The notes: generated by a model not told the origin, from the letters alone. 63,655 bases of DNA, filler included, from Sphacelaria rigidula (GCA_964200075.2; 10 parts of 10 records of this genome joined end to end with filler, not necessarily neighbours in it), one strand, 5' to 3'. Shown: positions 12,140-25,805, counted from the first letter of the whole stretch. Numbers and translations are program-made.

Positions 12140-12490
12140 TAATAGAATATCGTCGAGCTCAACACTAGTGCATGTGTACGTGGAGTAATTCGGATATATG
12201 CGGTGCAGATTGATGACATGTCATGGGTACCGGATTTCGTCTACGTCAGCGGATTGTGTTATGACTGGATGTATGATATATGAGGGAACCTACCATGCGG
12301 TCCTACCTTCCATGCTCAGTTCTATTTTTTGGTGCATTTCGGTCATTGCTTTTGGGTTGGAAAGAGCAGCTCAGGTGGAGCGTGCACGGTTGATGTTTGG
12401 TGAGTGAAGGGTATAATAATTTAATACAAGAAGAAGGGATACACATTCCCCTGTCCAGAGCGCGTCCTCTACGGGACAGTTCCTTTATCA
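12140..12490 (+). repeat. Putative 3' LTR of the first copia
   Basis: Follows the PPT directly, starts taatag and plausibly ends ttatca. No second LTR is present to confirm the end. Confidence 0.45.
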
Positions 12491-12793
12491 TTTATGACAG
12501 TACACACAAGATGATAAATAGTGCTACTGTTGTAGTACTACAGCCAACGCAAACAATACAGCATTGTTGTGTGTACTACTAACAGTGTTTTCGTGATATT
12601 GAGAGTAGATGATACGATCGAGAGTGAAAAGCGGTCAATCAGTGAATGAATCNNNNNNNNNNNNNNNNNNNNNNNNNNNNNNNNNNNNNNNNNNNNTTAA
12701 TTAATTAANNNNNNNNNNNNNNNNNNNNNNNNNNNNNNNNNNNNNNNNNNNNCAAACACACACACCCAAAAAAACACACCCCCCCCCCCACAC

Positions 12794-12830
<37 letters not shown>

Positions 12831-12848
12831 ACCGCGCGCGCGCACTAC

Positions 12849-13052
12849 CTGCGCCCCGCCAGCAGCCCCATCCGCAAGGCCGCCCTGCTGCGCCCCGCTC
12901 GCTGCAGGCACGCCACCTCCACCCCCCCTCGCCAAGTTCGGCCAGCTACCCCCGCCCTCCTTATCCGCGCCGGCTTCGTCCTTGACGGCCACCTCCAGCT
13001 TTACCCCACTCGCAGAGTCTTCGGCCTTAGCCGCTTTTTGCGAAGCTCCCGT
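12849..13052 (-). CDS. Host exon, Gly/Ala-rich unknown protein
   Basis: cccag acceptor, gtagtg donor, 204 nt open (TGASQKAAKAED...GGAQ), phase 0-0. Confidence 0.45.
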
Positions 13053-13195
13053 CTGGGCACGGCGTGACAAACGTGGAAACACGGGCGCCACAAGGAAGGA
13101 TCCGGGGGTGAGCAAAGAAGACGTGGTGAGCAAACCGGCGGGGATCAGGGGAGTGGAGATAGTTCAGTGCACATGTTCTAGTATCTCAAGCCTTC

Positions 13196-14060
13196 AGCTC
13201 CGTAAGAGCGCTCAAGGTTTAGCTTAATTTGTTTTGTTTTTTAGCTCGAATAAGCTTTTATTCTAAAAGCTTAAAACGAGCCTAAAATTTCTGAAAAGCT
13301 AATAATGTGCTCGAAACGCGCATAAAACTGGGATATTTGTTTATGCGCCTCCTGCAGCCATTGTATCACCTGCCTGAAAGTGCCCCCTATGGCCTATGGC
13401 ATGACTCGTCCCTCACGATCAGACAGGCTTCAATACTCCAAACTGCCATGGTTGCGGGTCTGATCAGAAAAACGTTTCTCTGTATATTTCATAAGTGTCA
13501 TACTTTGTTGAATTGAAAAATGTATAATCAAGATTGAAGATTTTGTACAATAGTTGTGCCATGGGGCCCAGTGTACATTGTACAACTAACGACTACAGCA
13601 TTTTGGAGGGATAATCAGTTAAGGCAGCAGCGAAGTTTATAGCTTGTGGCTTGCCCGGCGAGAGGCCAAAGGCTGCAATATCCTGTGTCCAGAGGCTGCA
13701 ATGCCCCACTGCTGCACCATGTATGATTAGTGTACGAGTATGCAGTGGCCAATATTGTTTTGATAGGTGGTTTGGAGTGGCCTTCAAACCCAACGATGGG
13801 GAAAAAACTCCTATTTTTCAATAAAAAAACAAAATTTAAAACTTCGAAAACCCAACTCGTCGTCTTGTCCTCATACCATTACAGAACGCGCGCCTCACGA
13901 GGGGGTACTGCCACAACGCCACAACGAGGACGCGAAGGAGGCGCATCAAGTACGCATGTTTTCGCTGAAAACGGCGCAACATGGGGGCCTGAATCAAGAG
14001 GGGAAAAGCCTATGAGAAAAAAACAGAGCTTAATTTGAAACAAACGGGCTCACGGAGCTA
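13196..14060. mobile_element. Putative MITE / non-autonomous element
   Basis: Short imperfect inverted ends agctccgtaag ... ctcacggagct and AT-rich aagctt-type subterminal motifs. No clean TSD. Confidence 0.3.
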
Positions 14061-16684
14061 AAGCCGAAATATCTTTCTACACACCACACCTCAAATTCTC
14101 GCACAAGTCATACTCCACTAGACTTTCACCAACCCCCTCCCCAATGACACTGTGACTTGGACAGTGATCCTGCGTCGTACCCCTCGTTTTGAAAACGGAG
14201 AAAAGAAGGGGACGTACCCTGCGGTCATATTGTTGGCACACAGCTCCGGAGTCGACATAGCGCCTGTGTAACCGTTTTCACAGTTTTTCATGCTGCTGAT
14301 AGTGCGCATGCGTACACATACACGTAGCCCGGCTCTACTTCAAGCTTTGTGTCTGCTGAAAATATGTCTCTACAGTCAGCCGTTGTGCTTTGAATCTGAT
14401 AAACTAAACGTCGACGGTACAATATAACAATCGCATGTATGGAACATTGCCATGAGCTCCTGTAATAGCTACCCCTTACAATCCCCTCCCTCGTTGGGGA
14501 GGGAGGGAGGAGTGGGGTGGCGAGGGGGCGGGGATGTCACTTTAGATACAAAAAAATAGGTAGCTATGTAACCATGTACCTCGATAACTAGACAACTAGA
14601 TAACTAGATAAACATGGGACCAAAATACTAAAAGATTTCATGACTATAAGAGTCTAAGACTATAAAACTAGGCAACTAATTATCTAACCTGACCAACTAG
14701 AAACTAAACCCGCGAACAAGTTAAGTAAACAAAGTGAGTTAAGTAAGCCATACGTTGACTATACTAGATAGAAACAAAACCAACTGAACTTGTTGTGGTT
14801 GGCTTGCGGTGTGAGTTGTGATTGGTTGCTCTTTTGATTGGGTGCCTGTCTTCCTGAGTGTATATATATTGTTATCATGGTTATTATCATCACCATCATT
14901 CATATTAGTTCCGCACGGTGGCCCGATACACATACATATAAACATACATATAATCCAGACAATGATATCGCTAATAGCAACACAACCAGCAACAGCAACA
15001 ACGGTTGAACAAATGCACTCACAGGGAATCGCCTTGCCCGCGGTAATGGATACTCCACAGCGCACGTCTCAGCCGCAACAGCCGCGGCAACAGCCGTCGC
15101 AGCCTCTCCACGTCGGGAGCAGGAAGGCGGTGGCGGCGGGGGTGGAGGGCGGGGGTCCGCGGACACCCTAGTACCGAACCATCCTCCAGAGCACCCCAGT
15201 ACTGGGGCTGCCGGCAGAACCTGTGGGGTTCGGGTTTCGGGTTGGTGTTGTCAGGATGGTGTAGTGCTAGTCTAACTAGTTGCTTTTTTTCGGAACCGGT
15301 ACTACATCTTGGCCTACCATTTTCTTGTTTGTTGTTTTTTCGTTTTTGGTTCTAGTTTCCCCCTTCATGTTTCCCCTCCCCTCTCTTCACATTTTGTTCT
15401 TCTTTCACTCCTTTCCTTTTTTCTTCTGCTTTTGTCTTCTTTCACGTCTCTTCTTGGAAATTTTTCTTCAATCCATTTCCTTTTCTTCTCATTTTTCATA
15501 TTTCTTCCCCATTATTTCCTCGATTGAGTTCACTTCGGCGAGGGTTGTCCTGAGTGTTGTTTTCTTCATTTACCTCGGCAAGGTACAGTCCATCTCGTGT
15601 GACCTCCCCAGCGGGATACGGAGCCGTACAATTAATATGCCGCAGTCGAACCTATCAAATGAGTCGAAAGATTCGAATGAACCAATCAATCACTATTTAG
15701 AGCAGTGTGAAGCGGGAGTCGGCGTAGGGATGTCATCAGCGCCGGACCTCAGGTCTGGTGCTGGCGGGAGAGGTTGTTGGGTCAGGATATTATTATTATT
15801 CATTATTATTTCCGCAGATGAGTCCGATCTCTCGAACCCGTGGTCACATACGTAGGCTCGTCTTTCCAACACCGTCCCTGGTATTCCTTACAAGACATAG
15901 AGTCCCCCATCATTTTACCAGAGACTCCAACCTGATTACATGACCGAACGCAACTTCCTCAAATATTACCAAAATGAACATGAGAAGAGAGACGCCAATA
16001 GTCAGGGGTCAGGATATATCACAGGATATATCTCAGTCCATCGATCGATAGATTGGACGGTTGAACTTTCCACACGATTCCGCTACGAAACCCTGCAGAG
16101 GTTATTTACAAAGAAGACACATGTACCCAACGGTAAAAGTTAACGACTAACGCTTGCTAAAGGGAAACTAACTCTTTTACTATCTCGGGCACAAAACTAA
16201 CAAAAAAAAACACACACACACACACAAAGAGGATTGAAGAGAAAAAAAACTGACGAGCGTGAACATAATGAGAAAAAAAAACAAGGGACGACAAAAAAGA
16301 GAAGAAGAAAAAAAGATGGCTAGGGTTGTTCACGATCGAAAACACCTCTCCTCTTATGGTCAACAGTTTGAGGTTGTTAGAGTTGCTGCCGTTAGCGTGG
16401 TGTCGTAGCACTTTCGGGCCAACTGATGTAGTGCACGATTGTGACAGTTCTTGCTGGCTGGTGCGCAGCAAAATCGCTGCTTACGGTAAACTTCGGAGTA
16501 CCAATTAATTGATCAAATCTTGTATTTTAGGCAGCTGACCCCACCCACTCTGATCTTACAACCGCTGCTAACTTTAATCCTGATCCTGATCCTACCCTTA
16601 AGCCGAATCCTGTATCTAAACTACCGCCACTAATACTGCTCACTTTCCCTTCGCATCTTGCGTAGCCTCGCGTAGCCTTGCGTA

Positions 16685-17849
16685 CGAGCTGGGCCGGCCA
16701 AGAAGCGATTTCGTTGTTTGCAGGCCCATTCGTCGGCCAATATTTAAAGTTGGACCCTAAAGTTTGGTATGGACAATGAATAGTGTGTAATAAAAGCAAA
16801 TACCTCTGCACGCAATGTTCCGTCTTGATGAGTAGAGGGCACTTGACCGATACTTGAAAACTGCTTATTGCCCTTAACTCATGAAAAAAAATCATGTTCA
16901 GAGGAAATTGTTTATATTATGCCTTATTCATTGTCCACACCAAATTTTCGGGCCCAACTCTAAATAAACAAACTCTAAATATTGGCCGACGAATGGGCCG
17001 TTTAGTAACCGGGTCGGTAGAAATCCGCAACAATATTATGCAGGCCACTTACCGGCCCACGTTTGGTGTTCGTGCTTTGAATCTTGTGTGGGACCTCGCC
17101 AGATAAATTAAATAAACATAAGTAGGTCCGGTTTGTATTTACATATATATTTCACTGGTTTAGGGCGTTTTAGTACGGTACCGACCATTTTTTCACGAGA
17201 ACGCTTGAACCTCGCATCCTCCCCCCCCCCCAGAAAATAATGGAAGGCCTATTTTTTTTATTCAGCATTCCTCCGTGGTTCTCCATGCTAAGTTTCAAAT
17301 CACAATTCTAAAATTGAGCTACGCCCTAAGAGCAGTGTTCATTTCTCCTCAAAACTCCCCCAAAAATAAATTTAAATGGATTGCATTACGTATGCACCAG
17401 CGGTTCTCCATACTATATTTCATAGCACAACTCTCAGAAACTGAGACGCGATATCCAGATTTAGGGCATCTAGTTCCTCTGCTCGTAATATATTGATTTT
17501 AGTATGGAACATTATGTCCGCCATATCTCGAGATAGATGACGAATAAGTGTAGGTGAGGGTGACTATCGTCTCCCCGTGCTCCAGGGAATGTCAATACAA
17601 AACATCGTCATCCGCTGAATGTATCGTTCGGGGTTTCATAATTTTTTAGCATGGACGCTATCTCCGTGCGGTTAGGGATTACTAGACATGTGTAATCAAC
17701 GATAAAATATTGGCCCAGACTATTGAGCAGTTGGGCACCTTCCCCTTGATTGGACGATTGATACGATATGCGGATCACGGACCAACTTGTCTATGTCGAT
17801 GATATATTGCCTTGAGAGCTTAAATCTGTTTCTAAGCTGGCCCAGCTCG
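16685..17849 (+). mobile_element. ~1.17-kb non-autonomous TIR element (family M), full copy
   Basis: TIR cgagctgggcc ... ggcccagctcg, TA on both sides (alternatively an 8-bp gccttgcg TSD), internal inverted repeat around tttggtatggacaatgaata. Homologous copies at 49012-50243, 50243-50905 and 52492-54488. Confidence 0.85.
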
Positions 17850-17874
17850 TAGCCTTGCGTGGCAGTCGGCTTAC

Positions 17875-17964
17875 CTCGGCACTAGGGGTATTCTCATCCT
17901 TCGCCTTGGCGGCTTCGCTAGCAGCCCTAGCGGATAAGGTCTTCGTCCTTAGCTCATTCTCCGC
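17875..17964 (-). CDS. Host exon, unknown protein (possibly the same gene as 12849-13052)
   Basis: aaaacag acceptor, GAG|gtaagc donor, 90 nt AENELRTKTL...PSAE, phase 0-0. Confidence 0.45.
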
Positions 17965-18179
17965 CTGTTTTCGTATTATCAGGCCACGCAAATACAGTAA
18001 GATTCGGTGAATATCACCTCTACGTAGTCTGTTGTCCCCCCCCCGCCTCCCTGCCCTCAATCGTTTAATACACTAGATCATTAGACAGTAAGTGGCGAGA
18101 AAACCATCGCTATACAAGGAACTAGATGGTGGCCACAGACAGTGAAACAGGAAGTGGATGAGAGATGAAAAAGGGTTTT

Positions 18180-18560
18180 CGTCCATAGCATAGAAGAAAT
18201 GTACTGAGCGCCCAAATGTTGGAGGTATCTCTATTAGGGGTGGGAACGGTACTCCGTCTCGAATGGGATGAATGGTCAACTGTCAAATGACAGAGGCGAG
18301 CAACAAATGAGTACCCCCCTCCTCCCCCCCGCCACAGACGGCGAAACAAGACGGGGATAAGATATGTAAAAGGTTTTGTGTAATGTATGGAGGAAACGTA
18401 GTGAGCTTTTGAATAAACGTAATGGGCGCCAGAATGTTGGGGGTGTCTCTATTAGGAAGAGGAACGGTGCTCCGTCTCGAAAGGGATGCGTGGTCAATGG
18501 TCGAACGACCAAGGCAAGCAACAAATAAGTGCGCCCCCCTCCCCCCTTCCCCCCCTCCCT
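18180..18560 (+). repeat. Two tandem copies of a non-LTR retroelement 3' end with C-rich tail (family B)
   Basis: ggaacggt(a/g)ctccgtctcgaa.gggatg..tggtcaa...gcaacaaat(g/a)agt+poly-C. Also at ~19160-19212, 20181-20268 and 26520-26676. Confidence 0.75.
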
Positions 18561-18589
18561 CCCCGCTTCATGCAACTCGCTGAACACAT

Positions 18590-18730
18590 GACGCTTTGCG
18601 CTTGGTGATTGAGTGCGAGCCTGGTCCGGCGAGAACCCGGCATGCTCCGTCCCGGTATTGTACGGATGCGAGATCAATGGTCCAATGACTATGGCATGCA
18701 TGATCATGAGTACACCCCTCCCCCTCCCCG
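18590..18730 (+). repeat. Non-LTR retroelement 3' end with C-rich tail (family A)
   Basis: gagcctggtccggcgagaacccggc.tgctccgtcccgg...gatcatgagtacacccc. Copies at 26941-27250(-), 33320-33600(-), 44631-44700 and 63546-63655, with shared 3' ends and variable 5' truncation. Confidence 0.8.
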
Positions 18731-18746
18731 CCGCGGTGGTGGAGAA

Positions 18747-19028
18747 ATGGAAGAACATGTGTGTGCGGAGGACGTGGGAGCCACAGATCACTGCCTAATA
18801 TGGACAGAAAGCCAACAAACGAGAGCTGAAAGAAATAGGCGGGGTAGGAACATGTACAAATGGAGAATCGATAAGCTAGATACGGAAGAAACACGGCATG
18901 AGTTCCAAGAGGAGATGGCCCAAAGTGCAGTGAAGTTTTTCGAGCTGTTGGAACGCGTAGGTAAAGCTGATACCGAAATGGAAAGAAATCGGGCAGGAGC
19001 GAAGGTTGTAGAGGGATGGGAGCAGCTG
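18747..19028 (+). mobile_element. LINE ORF2 fragment (end of AP-endonuclease + linker)
   Basis: HVCAEDVGATDHCLIWT (SDH-type motif) followed by KWRIDKLDTEETRHEFQEEM...WEQL. Confidence 0.7.
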
Positions 19029-19641
19029 NNNNNNNNNNNNNNNNNNNNNNNNNNNNNNNNNNNNNNNNNNNNTTAATTAATTAANNNNNNNNNNNNNNNN
19101 NNNNNNNNNNNNNNNNNNNNNNNNNNNNCCCCTCCTCTTCCTCCCAAGGCCCGCTTGTTCCATTGTCAAATCACTAACGCAAGCAACAAATGAGTCCCCC
19201 CCCCCCCCCCCCTTCTCCCTCCAAACCGGTTTCTGCTCTATTTTGCATCACAGGCCGTCAGCATAGTCTCCACCAGCTGCTGAAATATCACGACGAAGTC
19301 AGAAACCGTTAGGTCTTCGCCTGCCAACGTGCGGGGGGCGTCGACGTGCTCCCAAATCTCCACCTCTGTTGTTTTGAGGATGGTGGGTGAGGAATTAGGA
19401 AGATACAAGGGGAGGAGGGGGGGGGTGGAAGAGACGGGGAATAAAGTCGCGGATATATCTGTAGTGTGGAGCGCTACACCCATCCACTCATTGACCCACC
19501 CCGTGAACGGAAAAGTACAAGGGGCAAGAATAGGGCCAAAGCCGTATTTTTCTGGCCGTTGGCCGTCCGCCTTGCCCTTCCAGATGGCTGGGTATCCTGC
19601 GAGATCTGTTCTGACACTGGAGATCAGTTTGACGAGGTCAC

Positions 19642-19674
<33 letters not shown>

Positions 19675-20280
19675 CGACAATAGTGGAACATGACAATAAG
19701 GGCGAGGACAGCAGAAGTAGCAACCCGGCCATGTGCTTGCGGAATCGGTGTACGACACGGCTGCTCTGTTTAACCTCCGGCGACCTCTGCACATATTTTG
19801 ATGAATAGAAGGAAGTGATCAAAATCGAGAAAAATGCATGAAGTCAATTTTCTCGTCTCAACAGCGACCTCCGGGTGGGCAACTTCGATTCCAGCCACGC
19901 GGTTTTCGGTACGACTTAGCCTGCGATAACAGCATAGTCTACCCTGATAAACCCAACAAACACAGTGGTCGTGTGCCTTGACGACTACAGGAACCGGACG
20001 CTCTAACATCGGAAAATAACATCACCATGTACTGTACACATCAAAACGGCACAGATGTATCCACCTGAGAAATGACTGACTAACTGACGGGTTTTTTTCT
20101 GTCACACCCTAGAGCCCTCCCGTTCCTCCGTACGAGTCCGTGGTCTCAAGGGATCTCAAACTCCTCTATCTCTCCCCGTTACGTACTCCGTCTCGAAAGG
20201 GATGCGTGGTCAGTGGTCAAACGACTAAGGCGAGCAACGGCTGAGTACGCTCCTCCCCCCCTCCCCCCGGTACACGTCTT

Positions 20281-22179
20281 CACAGGCACCGTAGGTAAGG
20301 TAGGTACCCGGTACTGGTATTTGGGGCATCTCATACCCTACCGATACCGGTCCAATCGGGTATTTTCAAATGTCATACCTACGATACCTACGATACCTAC
20401 GATACCACGGTATTTCGAGATTTCAACACCTACCGTACCCGCCCAATCGGGAATCGGGTATTTTCAAATGTCGTACCTACGATACCTATGATACCACGAT
20501 ATTCCGAGATTCCCATACCTACCGTACCCGATTAATCAGGTATTTTCAAAACTCATATCTACGATACCTACGATACCACGGTATTTCGAGATTTCGATAC
20601 CTACCGTACCTGCTCAGTAAGGTATTTCCAAAACTCATACCTACGATACCCACGCATACCACGGTATGGGATACCCCGGTCAATACCGGACGCGATGCAC
20701 TCCTCACGGTGCAACAGCTGGTCCGAACTCACGCAAAGGCCAGAAGTTGTCGGAGCAGGTGCGTCTTGTCTTCACAAGTACTACATACCCAGATCAATTC
20801 GAATGAACTTATTATTATGTAGTCGGAAGTGCGGTCGTTTTTTTTCCCCCGATTTGATAGGTTCACCGCATTTATATTCTTAGAAAGCTTCAACTCAAAT
20901 ATGTAATTAGTGACGCGCGGGGAAAAACTACAAAACAATGAAGCTGAGCTTCTTCGATCGAAAACATGCGGGCGAAAGGCACAGAGCGGCACTTCATTCC
21001 TATCTTACAGACGACCACGCCAGATGAAACCCGTTCACGGAACCATGGAAACTCCATCCAACTCATTCTCAGCTACCACCGCAACCTGCAGCATCGAGTA
21101 CGAGTTGAGCACAGGGATAGATACACTGCAGTAGTTGGGTATGCTTTGTTTATTTTGTTGGCGAAAACTCGCGCATCTTCTTTGATGGTAGGATCAGCGG
21201 CGGAACTGTGTGGTACGGTGGGCAACCGAGTCGCGTACACGTTCATGGATAGTGCAGGCAGTGCAAAGCTGCACGTTGTTGTGAAGTCCTTTTCACGTCG
21301 CTTTGTAAGCAGAGAGAACTGATTTTAGTTTTGGGCTGTCTGCGCTGCACGTTGCCCGCTTCTCTTCAAAACCCTACTGTATGAAACACGCACACACGTA
21401 CTCAAGACACCCTGCTTGCAAGCAATGCAGACAGTACAGACTGTCTGTACTGTACACGAGTGACCATGTACCGTTTCACGATTCTTTTTTGTCTTGTTTC
21501 GATCGAAAGCTTGAAATTCGCTTGAACCCAACTCGACAAAAAGGAGCGATTCTCGTTCAAATCAATTCCACCGCCCCAATTTTTCGATCGAAAAATAAAG
21601 GTGCTAAGTCACGCCCTGAAACGCTTCTCCGCACTGCCGGATGACAGTTGTGAAGTCGGTATAGAGGGTAAGGCACGCACCCGGGACCGGTATTTGGGAC
21701 ATCTCATACCCTACCGATACCAGTCCAATCGGGTATTGTCAAATTTCATACCTACGATACCTACGATACCTACGATACCACGGTATTTCGAGATACCAGT
21801 ACCCACCGTACCTGCCGAATCGGGTATTTTCAAATGTCATATCTATGATATCTACGATACCACTGTATTTCGATATTTCAGTACCTACCGTACCCGCTCA
21901 ATCGGGTACTTTCAAACTCATCCCTACGATGCCTACGCATACCACGGTATTTCGAGATTCCCATACCTGCGTACCCGCCCGATCAGGTATGTTCGAATGT
22001 CATACCTATGATACCTACGATACCACGGTATTTCGAGATTCCCATACCTACCGTGCCGGCCCAACCAATTGGGTATTTTCAAATGTCGGACCTACGATAC
22101 TCACGCATACCACGGTATGGAATATCCCGGGAAATACTGGGGGTACGCTCGGTACGGTACCTCATCTACGGTGCCCGTG
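20281..22179. mobile_element. 1.9-kb non-autonomous TIR element with 8-bp TSD (hAT-like)
   Basis: TSD cacgtctt (20273-20280) / cacgcctt (22180-22187). TIR cacaggcaccgtagg / tctacggtgcccgtg. gatacctac-rich arrays at ~20300-20690 and ~21670-22140. A left end of the same family is at 38030-38155. Confidence 0.82.
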
Positions 22180-23620
22180 CACGCCTTGCATTTTGACCTC
22201 ATGCATTAGGTGAGCACATCCCGCACGCTGTCAACTCTCGGCAAACAAACTCAGTCACGTGCTTTTTGTCCACTCCTCCCGTTCTCACGCTTTCAACGGT
22301 GGAAATCAGATACTTTCAAGACATGAAAAAGCAACGCATTTGGCGGCAATTGAACCCACCCAAATGGTATCAGTTGGACCATCAGACCACCAGAACGCGA
22401 CGGTGGTTAATTTTCGCGCACTAACCAATCCGCGATGAATCGAGCCGTGGTTATTATTATTATTATTTCCGCACATTAGTCCGATAAACGTGGTAACAAG
22501 CCAAATTCACTCGAAGTAAAGCAATAGAAATACCCGCTCGAGTAACCTCGAGAAATGGCCAAAGTGAACATTGGAAAAGGGGGGAGGTGAAGGAAAAAAA
22601 AGAACAAAACGACAGGTAGTTCTAGAACCGTTCCCGAGAACCCAATATATCCGTGCTAAGGCTTCAGGTGAGGAGCCGGTAAACAAAGTAGTGCCATGGA
22701 AGGAGGTTATTATACGACCCAGCGATCGCAAGACCGCACCATCTTCCGGGAAAAACGCTCACCAGCCAGTGCTAGAGGAGCGCGACAACAACACCAATTC
22801 TGCTTAGAAGAAGAACAAAAAAAAGCAGGAAGTAAAAGAAAAGTCAGGATGCCTCGGATAACACCACCTCTACCTCCCCTTCCAGGATTTAGGGGAAGAT
22901 ACGAGAGACAGAGTAGCAAAATAAAACGTGCAGCCACCTCAAAATATCTACCAAGAAGTTTCTCTCTTCCACTCACCCGGCCATGTCATCCACCATCGTA
23001 TGTAATCCTCGTCATTGTCATCTTCCGAAGCATCCATGCTCTCCTATTGACACGAACGCAAATATGATGTCGAGAAAAAAGTAGTGCATGGAGCAAGACG
23101 ACAGCAAATTTGAGCGCATGGCTGTAGTTGATTCTCGCGCGATGCTTTCGCTCCTGCCCCTCGAAGCGTGTCTTGATTAAGACGGAAAATCTGAAACTGA
23201 ATCTAAATCTAAATCCAAGTCTAAATCTGTTGTGGGGACCACCACATAGAGGGGGGGAAATTCCCAGAAGTGTCCGTCGAGCAGTCACTTCTTCACATCA
23301 GAAACACCATGAGACAACTCGTACGCTTAATGAACAGAACGCCTCACATTCGAATCCCGATTCCCACTAAAAATCGACCTCAAGTTAAGTTGAGACAGAG
23401 CAGTCTTAAAAATGGTGGGGAACTACGCAACCGGTGGATAACTTCGAAGCACGTTCGCAAAGACTCACGGGAAAATCCTCTGCTGAGATTTTTGGCTTGA
23501 GGACCCAACACATGTAGAAGATATGTAAAAAATAGTGTACATCCTCACCGCTAGCCGGCGAAAAAGGTCACTCTTGCAAGCCTCTTCTCGTTCAAAGAAC
23601 AGAAGAAGGCGCTTATGAAA

Positions 23621-23658
<38 letters not shown>

Positions 23659-23864
23659 ACCCGCAAGGGGGGGGGAAAACCCCAACAAGATTGCGGGAGG
23701 GATTCTTCTGGCNNNNNNNNNNGGTGAAGTAACGAGGGTCTGGGGGGTGTGGGGGGGCAGGGGGGGCGGGCCGGGTTGCGGGGGGGGATGATGTGGGAAC
23801 CACCACATGGAAGGGGAAAATTCCCACAAGTATCCGTCGAGGAATTCCTTGTTCACACTTACTC

Positions 23865-24045
23865 TGAATCTAAATCAAAGTCAAGATTAAAATTGAAATC
23901 GAATTGAAATTGAAATTGAAATTGAAATGAAAATGAAAATGAAATTCAAGATCAAGATCAAGATCAAGATCAAGATCAAAAATAAAATTGAAATTGAAAT
24001 TGAATGGAAAATGAACATGAAAATCCAAGTCCAAAATCAAACTTG
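23865..24045. repeat. Compound hexamer microsatellite (aaattg)n/(agatca)n
   Basis: Directly visible. Confidence 0.85.
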
Positions 24046-25504
24046 AAAGGGGATCCATTAGAACTTGGGTTGAAATTTTTTCATGTGGCAGACCTGTGTC
24101 CAAAAAGACGACCACAGAGCAGCGAAGTTGCTTGCTGGGATCAAGGCCGATGATGGCGACCAACACCTGACACCACCACAATCCATCCAAGCGCTTCAAA
24201 AGTTCATCATGACATTAACACTAACTTCCCCTCCCTCCCAACCCCCAACCCGACAGTGCTTAATAACCCTGGCGCGAAATCGATCGTACGCGATCTCGTG
24301 TGACGACTTGTTGGTCTTCTTGTCTTTGATATGTCACGGAAGGAGGAAAAAACAGACCATTTTCAACAACACTACGACACGACAAACAACGCACTGATTT
24401 GGGGCGCGAGGACCGGACCGCACGTAACCTTTTGCACGCGTCCAACGATGATGCTTGCCCAACACGGAACCAAGCCCGCGTCATCAAGAGGCATGTGTTG
24501 CGCTAAATATAGGGCTGAAGCTATCCGTCGATGTCTGCGCATCCATCGCGGGTGTCCGTGTGAAGCGATTCTCAAATACCCTCAAATTTACGGGTACGCA
24601 CGTCTGCAGCTATAAGGGGGTGTCGATGCGTCTGGATGAGCGAGCGATCATGGAACCACAAAGAACACATACAAGGTCACCATCCGGTTGCAGTCCTCTT
24701 TACACTGCCTGTACAACGGAAGTGTTCAATCTCTTTTCTTTTCAGAAAAAAAAAACAAGACAATCGGGATCTTCCGAGGGCGCGGAAAATCGAAAGCACC
24801 TTGGTTGCCGTTCGGAGCAGCGCACCAATCAATCACCGCGCGCGCCCTGTCTATTGATTTTCGATTATTTTTATCTTATATTTCCATCGTATTATTGTAG
24901 TTATAATTATAATAATAACTATTATTATTATAAAAAATTTAGAGTCTCCTTGTCAAGACATCACCTCACCCAAGACAGAAGCACAACCTTCATCCCGTAG
25001 GTTTAACTTCGGTGTGTCTGTCAGCAGCAAAAATATGAGCTCAAGCAATTTTGGAAACGACCAACCAGTCACTGGGTTTGAAAGAAAGAAAAAAAAAAAC
25101 AGCGTAAAAAACTGGGGAAATTGTGTTGTTACAGCTTGTGAGACAGACTCTCATGCTCGCTTCTTCCTCCCTCTTTTCCATTTTTGCCAATTAATGTCGA
25201 ATTTTCTCCAAAATACTAATATTTTCCCGACTCTTTAACTTGGTTGGGCACGCCTACATTTTGTTGCGATGACTGACCTCCATTAGATCTTTCACGGTTC
25301 TTTCATGTGTGTGCTGCTGTCCCATTTATTCTGGACGCCGGTCTACAGTAGTCAGCGTCAGAAGTATGCAGAATCCGTAATTTCTTAGTTTCTCAAAAAT
25401 TGTCNNNNNNNNNNNNNNNNNNNNNNNNNNNNNNNNNNNNNNNNNNNNTTAATTAATTAANNNNNNNNNNNNNNNNNNNNNNNNNNNNNNNNNNNNNNNN
25501 NNNN

Positions 25505-25675
<171 letters not shown>

Positions 25676-25805
25676 ATTATGAAAAAACAAATTCTTGACA
25701 AATTGAATCGTTACTGTCCATCTATCAAAGTGAGACTCGGGATCAAATCAAGGCCAAGCCCATGAGAAATATGCAAGGTACAAAAGGCACCATCAACCGC
25801 CTGAC

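Larger units (their letters stand above)
6377..12490 (+). mobile_element. Ty1/copia LTR retrotransposon, 5'-truncated by the contig end and degenerate
   Basis: Domain order INT-RT-RNaseH. Integrase RIDNDGEF...REYTAPDIPKHNAVAES...LWLESAVWAT; RT TPTVAVSSVRLL..HFDIEQTF and VVHVDD (~10907-10924); RNase H ADADYA..RRSVSG..TLSTSEAEYVA..FEDNQG..IDIRYHFIRE..QHADFLTK; PPT gagggggg at 12131. Confidence 0.93.

Noticed and set aside
15280..15855. Hydrophobic 191-aa membrane protein
   Set aside because: T/C-rich low-complexity sequence with no supporting gene structure.
19238..20010. Multi-exon 3' end of a host gene
   Set aside because: Some acceptors exist, but I could not assemble phase-consistent exons or recognise a domain.
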